Source of the DNA: Nageia nagi
Lineage: Eukaryota; Plantae; Pinophyta
NCBI GenBank assembly: GCA_050084985.1
Contig: JBITNC010000001.1
Location: 60,388,001 to 60,452,000 of the forward strand
Length of the DNA stretch: 64,000 nt
Direction of reading: 5' to 3'
This document shows, piece by piece, positions 56,401 through 64,000 of this stretch. The translations under genes and the position numbers were made by a program. Each line of letters starts with the position of its first letter. Position 1 is the stretch's first letter. The notes beneath the pieces were generated by a model, which saw only the letters and a program-made list of their open reading frames with translations, was not told the DNA's origin and ran no database searches.

Positions 56401-57170
56401 TGTAATATTTTATGAACATCGTGGGTAAGCATGATAACCTTTTGTCTGAAGGCTTGTAAAAAAATATATTTGAGAAAGCATTATCATCAAGTAAGAGAAA
56501 ATCAAATATTTACAATGCGGTTGATTTGTTATAAAATGCATATATAATAAAGGTTATACATAATACAATTACCTAAATAAACAATAAGTCTTGGAAAGTC
56601 ATCTATAGTCCAACATAGTATGCCATGTAGTGTGAATGCTATTGGATAGGTCTACTTATATCAATCACACTATGAATTCCATTCCATAATTGCATCAATT
56701 AATTATTCAAAGTAGACATCCATATTTTTCACTTGATGTTTTTCAAGAACTATAAGAGTCAACATCAAATGTTTTTTTTTTACAGACATCCATAGAGGTA
56801 AGTTATAGTTGAATATAACTATAAAACACAATAAATAATTAGATGATTGTACAAAAAATGGATTGACACCATCAATTGCTAAAACCAATCTGACACTCCT
56901 AGGTTCATGCCAAAATTTATCTGGCCATGTATCCTCTATATGTCATCTACACTTCTATGTGTTGCATGCCAATCCATATATTGTGTAAGTGACTTACATT
57001 GAAATATTTGAATCAACTTAGAAGTGATTGGCATTTTGTGAACAACCTTTTGAGGAATGGTTTTCCCTTCTATTCCTTATCAGTATCTATTTGCACCACA
57101 CTTTGGACATGTACTCAAAGGGGCATATGATCCTATATACAATATGCAATCATTAATACAAATATGGTAT
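53431..57170 (-). mobile_element. Truncated CACTA (En/Spm) transposon with decayed Tnp2-type transposase
   Basis: Terminus CACTATAAGAAAA at 53431. Minus-strand pieces LAIDGVNPF..YNLPLWM (Transposase_21), DPMHIVKNV, HILIHLVD..ERFLKVLK..EGSVGEGYIVQE (DUF4218-like), FRCKWFD..EPYVL (DUF4216-like), separated by AT-rich intron-like spacers. Confidence 0.88.
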
Positions 57171-59755
57171 GTGTCATACTAAAAAAGTAACCCTATTAGC
57201 AAACAAGACAAGATATGTTACGATTAAATTTTATTATTACTCTTTAGTTGACCTCAAATGATATAATGAAAAATCTATTTCTATTTGTTTCCTTGCAAAA
57301 GGGCTTTTTACAAAGTAATGTTTAGGCCTTTGTAGGGCTATTTTTAATGTCTACAAGCTTCAAAAATTATCTTTTGAAACTTGCAAAAGAATCTAGATCT
57401 CTATTTTCCAATTCTATTTGACTTTCTCTGATCAGTTTAGCTACTTCACACCTGTGGATCCTTCATACATGCAAACAGAAAGGAAATCAAACATACATGT
57501 TCATATCATAAAATAAGCATAAAATTGAACATAAATAAGCATGTAAAATGTAGAACAATAATGCATCTAATTTAGTAAAACTTGGATGTGTTTTGATAAA
57601 GTAACTTTGCATTCAAATTGGGTCCCTTGTTTCATTACATAAGGCTTTATTTATAGATTTTAGAAATAAGCAAAGTTTTTGATTTTATGATAAAAAATAG
57701 GATAGAAAAGCCTATCTAGCTTTATCATGGCTATGATCCAAAGCTAGGATACATGGGATAGATGATGAGTCATCTATTATCCCTTACTTTCTTCCCAAGA
57801 TGCTTCAAGAGTTGCTATTTTTATTTTGCTTTTACCAATTTTAGAGTCGCTAATTTCCAGGTATCAAACATTGATGTATGGCTTGAGTTATCGATAATTG
57901 AAGTTGAACAATGGTGATTGGCATAATATAGTAAACCTTTTAATTTCACTTTAAGTTTTCATCTTCTTTCATCTATCAAAAGAAGGATCATTTTTGGCTA
58001 TTTACAATTTGCCCCTTTTTGAATTATTTGCTACTTTGTAAGTGAAGGATAATTCAAAAACTTATCTTTCTAAAGGTGGATGAATTCAAGTTTCTTCACT
58101 TGTGTTTTTGAATTTAGTCAATATTTTGGATTAACGTATTCTTTTTGAATAAGATAAATTTGATTGATTGAATAATGATTAAATTTATTTTTTGATCTTT
58201 TACATTTGACATGTTTTGAAAGTAGTATGATTGTATTATCAAAGAAAAACTTGTCAGTATCACTATACTATGTGTTGTTTGTGGTAGATACATGATGAAC
58301 ATTTGTTTCATCTACATATGCTAAAGTTAGCATGTGATAAAGAAGTTGCTCTATGAATACTATGTTTTGATTGTTCTACTTTTCATCTCAATAGTTAGGT
58401 TACATGATGATCTTACACAAAGGTTCATATAATACTTTTAGTCATACCCAATCCCTTCCTTCTTTTGTTTGTCAAAAGAAGGGTCATTTTTTCAATTTTG
58501 GAATTATGCATAGGTTTTAATTTTTTCAAAACACTTAACCTTGGTCAAATCAACAAGTAAAAGACTTGTTTAATTTTATCTTTGATACATTTTTCAATTT
58601 TTAGGGATATATATATATTAGGGGTGTGAGGCATTAATGATAGTTTTCTTAATGTTACCTCACAAGGGACCCAAGGTATACATTTTTCATCCAAATTCCT
58701 ATGTTAGAAGAAATGTTTAAATATTTTTTATATTTTGTGATATAAATCGAGACTAAACCTAAACCAGAAGGAAGAGCTTAAAATTTTATACATTTTATTT
58801 TTTGTTGTTGGTCATTATCATTTTGTGATTTTATATATATTTTATCTTTTTTTTTGGGTGGGATTTTGTTTAAGTCCCCTAACTTGTGTCAATGCCTGGT
58901 TGATGTTTAAAGTTGACCTAGTCTCTATGAATAAGTCAAATTTGATTATTCAAATTATGATCAACTCATGTTCTAGTCACTTTTGAGTTTGATTACATTT
59001 TGTAAATCATTATGGTGTATACCAAAATGATGTGCATATATATCCTGATACTAAGTGTTATTTATGGTAGGTACGTGATGACATTGTGTCATCAACGTAT
59101 GCTGAAGATAATATGAGATAAATTACATGTTTTTTATATACATGTACACCAAAATGATGCTCATGTTTATATCAATACTATGTTTGTTATTTATGGTAGG
59201 TACATGATGATACTATGTCATCCATGTATGTCAAAGCTGGTATGATATAGACTATAGGCTTTTAGTATACAATTGATTTGATTTTACTGGCTTCCATCCT
59301 ATTAGCTAATGTACATGATGATCTTATGTAGAAGGTCATATCATGTTTATTAATCATGTTTGATTTTTTCAAATTTGAACTAATCACGAAATTCAATACG
59401 AAAAAAAATAGGGGTCTTATTCATTTTTTGATGTGTTTTGTTATTTTTGTATTGATTATGAACTAGAAGGAGGACTTAAGTGTTTTATGCACCAGTCCTC
59501 TCTCTCTCTCTCTCTCTTTTGAGTATGTGCATAAAGTTATGGGTCATTGGCGATTGGTTTTGGTCATCTGTGTCCCATGTAAATTATCAATATCTGGCTT
59601 AAAATTATCAATGTTTTGAGTCATGATAAAAATAAAAAACAAAGTGACTTATCATTTTATCATTTATCTTTTGTGGTTTTTTAGAGCTCTTGTTGACTTT
59701 TTACACTATTCACCATGGGCCACCTATTTCTCTTCTTATCATATTATGTGGAAGT

Positions 59756-61850
59756 ATGCCATCGAGGAGGAGATTAACTTTTCGTAGGCAACCAATCAGA
59801 GAGGAGGTAGGGTTTAAAAACCCTCTTTTTAGTTTTTTTTTTTTTTTTTTTATCAATTTTGTTATTTTTAGGGCCTAATTTAGAAATGTGAATCCATAGG
59901 GGTAGTTATTTTAGCATTTAGACCCCTTTCAACTATTTAGATTTTTTTTTTTGTGCAATGTTTTGCCCTTTTTTGGGCACCTCAACCATTATCATCGGTT
60001 AGGGCCAGAGGTTTTAGAATCATCAAAGTTTAGACAATGGACATTAGCAACTCAATAACCTAGTCATTTTATCATCAATGACTGGTGACCTAGTTGCTGG
60101 GTCACCAATGTTTGGTATTAGAGTTAGATTTTTCTTTGACTTAGTTAATTTAGCATTTTAGGTTCGACGTTGGACCCTACATGGGTTGCATTCATTGGGA
60201 TTACCCTCTTGTGGCAACTTTTCTTAATAGGTGGGACTCTACCACATCAACGTTTTATCTCCCAAAAGGGGAGATGACTATTACTATGGAGGATATCCAC
60301 CATCTATATAGATTTCCCATTCATGATTAGAGGATTCAACATGTCATCGAATGAGATGATATCAAACTTGCCATATCTTATTTATACATGGTAGATCAGG
60401 TTGATATGATTATGTCTGAGATCAACTCAGGTAGGATCATGTATCTTTAGTACTGCATGATAATTAGAAGGGGATCATCTAATTCTCTTTTCTGATGGGG
60501 TGTATCCAGTGCTACACATTACTTAATACAAGTAGTGGCCAATTTCCTTGGTCACTACTCTTAATGGTAGCAGACATGATACTGTATTTTCTTAGGCTCT
60601 AAATTTGTTAGCACAATGTTACAAGGAGCTATTCTTTTACTCTTAAGGTCATAGGAACTTATTGATAGTTATCATTACTCTATAGGCATGGGCGTATGAG
60701 CATACCACTATGGCATGCCCTAACGAACTTCCTATTATTGGTTTTTCCTCTCATGTAGAGTATCCCATGGGGATTATGTGATGGAGGGAGGATTTCTACA
60801 TCCGTCAAACCATTGATGGAGTTTTGTTGCAATGTTGGGTTTTATCATGATATGTTGAGTCTTCTCATTCCTAACCATGTTAGGTTTCTCTCATACCATT
60901 TGTGTCTGGTATGAGATAAGCTAGAGGTTGAGCTAGCATGAAATAGATAGGCAAGGGTTCTCCATGGTTGGTAGACTTATTTTTTGGAGTAATTTTATTT
61001 TGACCATGTCAAATGGTAGTTTGGGCTTGTATAAGATATTCCTTTAGAGCCTACCAGATATCAACAAGAGGGCACTCTCCTAGTAAAGGATATTAAGCCC
61101 TTACTATATGCAGAGCCTGATCCTAAGATGGATGAGACTATAGATGAGAAGATTGATGCAGATGATGTTAGTATTACAAAGATTTTTTCTACCTAATGGT
61201 AGGTTAAGTTGAAGGAGGGCAATGAGGGTGACCAAGGTCATCAGATGAGATAGTGCATGGAGGATCCTAGTGTGGGTCTTAGTGCAAAGGGGGAGCAAGA
61301 CATTGGGGTAGCTTTTGCAAAGGACCTACCTAAGATAGAGGTTTCATTTGAGGAGGTTAGCATTGGTAAGGGAGGTCCTAGAGAGGATAGACCAGCTCCA
61401 GAGATTCAAATTCATGAGTTGCTACTAAGAGATATCAAGGAGCTCAAGTTCTTACTTGGGCAATCACAATCATTACTTGATCAATATCATTAAGATAATG
61501 AGTCTTTACATGCACAACTTTAGTGAATCAAATATTTAGATGAGGATATGTTGAGATATAGAGCTAAAAGAGACAAATCATGGGATATGGTGCACTCTTT
61601 AAAGCAGGAATAGGCAAGAGCTAAGGGTATCACAACTAGTGTGGAGAGACACTCTTCTACTTTCATCAGGGATATTTGTAGACATAGGGATTATTATCTA
61701 GGGGTGGTGGACACATGGCTAGTAGGTGTTCCTACTTTTCAAATTGATTTGGAGTATCCATTAGCTCCCCCAGGTTATGTCCCTTTAGATATCAATGCTC
61801 TCTCAACAACTATATCTAGTGGGGCTCAAGGGGTATTAGTGAAGGAGTAA
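59756..61850 (+). pseudogene. Decayed plant mobile domain (PMD, aminotransferase-like) gene, TE-associated
   Basis: 60181-60327 reads MGCIHWDYPLVATFLNRWDSTTSTFYLPKGEMTITMEDIHHLYRFPI, matching the PMD signature RW...TFHLP.GEMTITLEDV. Stop-broken coiled-coil-like pieces follow; the outer boundaries are approximate. Confidence 0.7.
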
Positions 61851-62631
61851 GTAGAGGTAGGGAAACAAAATCTCCTAATAGGAGTGCTATTGATTCATAA
61901 TATCATTATTATTCAAGGTCTTTAGAGATTAAGGTTGCTAGATAAGAGAAGAGTATCAGTAGCTGTTAGTTCAGCATAGTTAGGAGGTTGTTGAGACTAG
62001 TGGTCAGGGTGGTGGTAAGGGCATTGAGTATGAGGATATCCATGAAAATTGACCATTATTACTTATTGTTATATCATTTTGTTGTTAGTTTATGATATTG
62101 GTGGTTTGTGGACTTATATTTATTGATGGATGATTATATTGTATTCATTTTTTGGATCATGGTGATCATGATTGGGATGGCATGGATGCTTAGGCAATGA
62201 ACATTGTGATTATTATTTTTTGATATATATTTGTGATAATATTTTGGATACCCATGTTTATGATGATGGTTTGTTATTTGATATTATCATGTGTTATTTT
62301 ATGAATGTGAATTCTAGGGTTATGTTTAATTTTAATGCTACATATCATGATGATGGATTATTGATGTTAATTTACATTATGTTATATGATATCTAATATT
62401 TTTATGGATGAATGGTTCTAATATGATGTGATCTTTTAGCATATCATAGATCGTTATCATTTAATTGTTATATTTGGAAAATATTTTATTTATAATAGTA
62501 CAAAATCAGATATCATTATTTTTCATTTTTCTTGGCTATTTATACATATGGGATGATGCATGTATGTAAAATGGTATGACTGGTATGAACACATAAATGG
62601 ATAAATGTATGAATGTAATATATATATATAT

Positions 62632-64000
62632 TGAAGGAATTAGACCTACTCTAATTCCCAAGGTCCAAGACTAGGAAACTCAATCATACAACATAACACC
62701 ATTCACACAAGATAACACAAGTGTAATGTGGTTCCTCCCTCCTTGGGAGTACGTCCACAACTAGTATCTCAATTCTCAAGTATGCCCCTCTTACAACTAT
62801 TCTCTTCCTCTCCTACACAAACTAGTAGAGTAATCTTACTCCAAAACTTAGTTATGTTACAAGAGGAGAGGCCCTCTATTTATAGCTTGAGAGCACCTCC
62901 CTAACCTCAACCTCCCTTTAACCCAAGGGTAAGGTTAGGGTTACAATAAATGTATGACCTAACTTTAACCTACCAACTAACCCCATGGTAAGGTCAAAGT
63001 CCACACATAATAAAGAATTCAATTAATCCCTTAAGGTATCTACATATCCTTGAAGTGATTAATTGAATTTACAAGGAGTTTAGATATTCACAATATTTCA
63101 TTACAAATTCTAACACTCCCCCTTAATGTAATATTGGGATAGAGCGTAGAAGAGAGAAGAGAGAGAGTAAGAGAGAGTTCTCCTCCATAGAGATACAAGT
63201 GGAGATGAGAACATTTACATATTTGAGAATCTTTTTGAGAACTAGTATGAGACTCACTACATTACCATTTGACAAAATGGTTTACAATACAATCATTAAC
63301 CACAACTGGTTTCATTGTACATAGTAGTCGATCAACTTTAAGCTGACATGTGAGTCTCCATGAGCTTGCTTACACAAGGTGAGTAACCTGCATTTCTGAA
63401 GAAGATCCTGCATGCTACAAGCAACTCATGAACAAAATCAGTTAGATGCATCATATATTCAAATAAGAGAATCAAATAATTCCCTCTTATAAATAACTGA
63501 TTAATGGTGCACTATAAGTCATCATGGAGATGCCAAGCCATCACTCATAGTCACCTGTTGTATATAGACATGTGTTGATTATTAATAGAGCATAAAAATT
63601 ATACAACGAGTTTCTCATGCAGAGCAAACTCACCATGGAGGTTATAGAATGTACAATAAGTTCATCATGCAGAGCGAACTTACCACGGAGGTATATTAAT
63701 TATATGCTCAAAAATTATACGAGTTTCTCATGCAGAGCAAACTCACTACGGAGGTATAAAATGTACAACAAGTTTGTCACGCAGAGCAAACTTACCACAG
63801 AGGTATAAAAATGTACAACAAGTTTGTCACACAGAGCAAACTTACCACGGAGGTATAAAATGTACAACAAGTTTGTCACGCAGAGCAAACTTACCACGGA
63901 GGTATAAAATAATCAACACTCTATAACAACAATTGTACAACAAGTTTGTCACGTAGAGCAAACTTACCACAGAGGTATAGAATGTACAATCAAAAAAGGC
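62632..64000 (-). mobile_element. 3' end of a second element of the same copia family (3' LTR 62632-63115, PPT 63116-63126, 3' UTR), running off the window
   Basis: LTR and the following ~900 bp are collinear with 15359-16780. Inserted in a (TA)n tract. Confidence 0.95.
63603..63990. repeat. 49-bp tandem repeat, at least 7 units
   Basis: Same unit as 16327-16780, with a GTTTGTCAC variant. Confidence 0.92.

Overview
AT-rich, repeat-dominated plant nuclear DNA, probably gymnosperm/conifer-like (inferred from the petD variant, the long intron and the TE types). The one host gene is an ARID1/ARID2-like ARID-ELM2-SANT gene on the minus strand (~46950-38316) with a 6.6 kb intron and two apparent 1-bp deletions in a coding 33-bp repeat. 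1-12.4 kb looks like the 3' internal region of a large Gypsy-type element, with two convergent paralogous accessory ORFs and inverted-motif arrays. 15359-24818 is a full-length but disabled Ty1/copia element (LTRs, PBS, PPT, 5-bp TSD) nested in a hAT-type MITE; a second family member starts at 62632. ~26-29.6 kb is a decayed copy of an At1g50140/At3g19740-like AAA-ATPase with a chloroplast petD fragment inserted in frame. 52-62 kb holds nested relics (Gypsy gag, CACTA transposase, plant mobile domain). All homology calls come from recognising motifs by eye, not from database searches.
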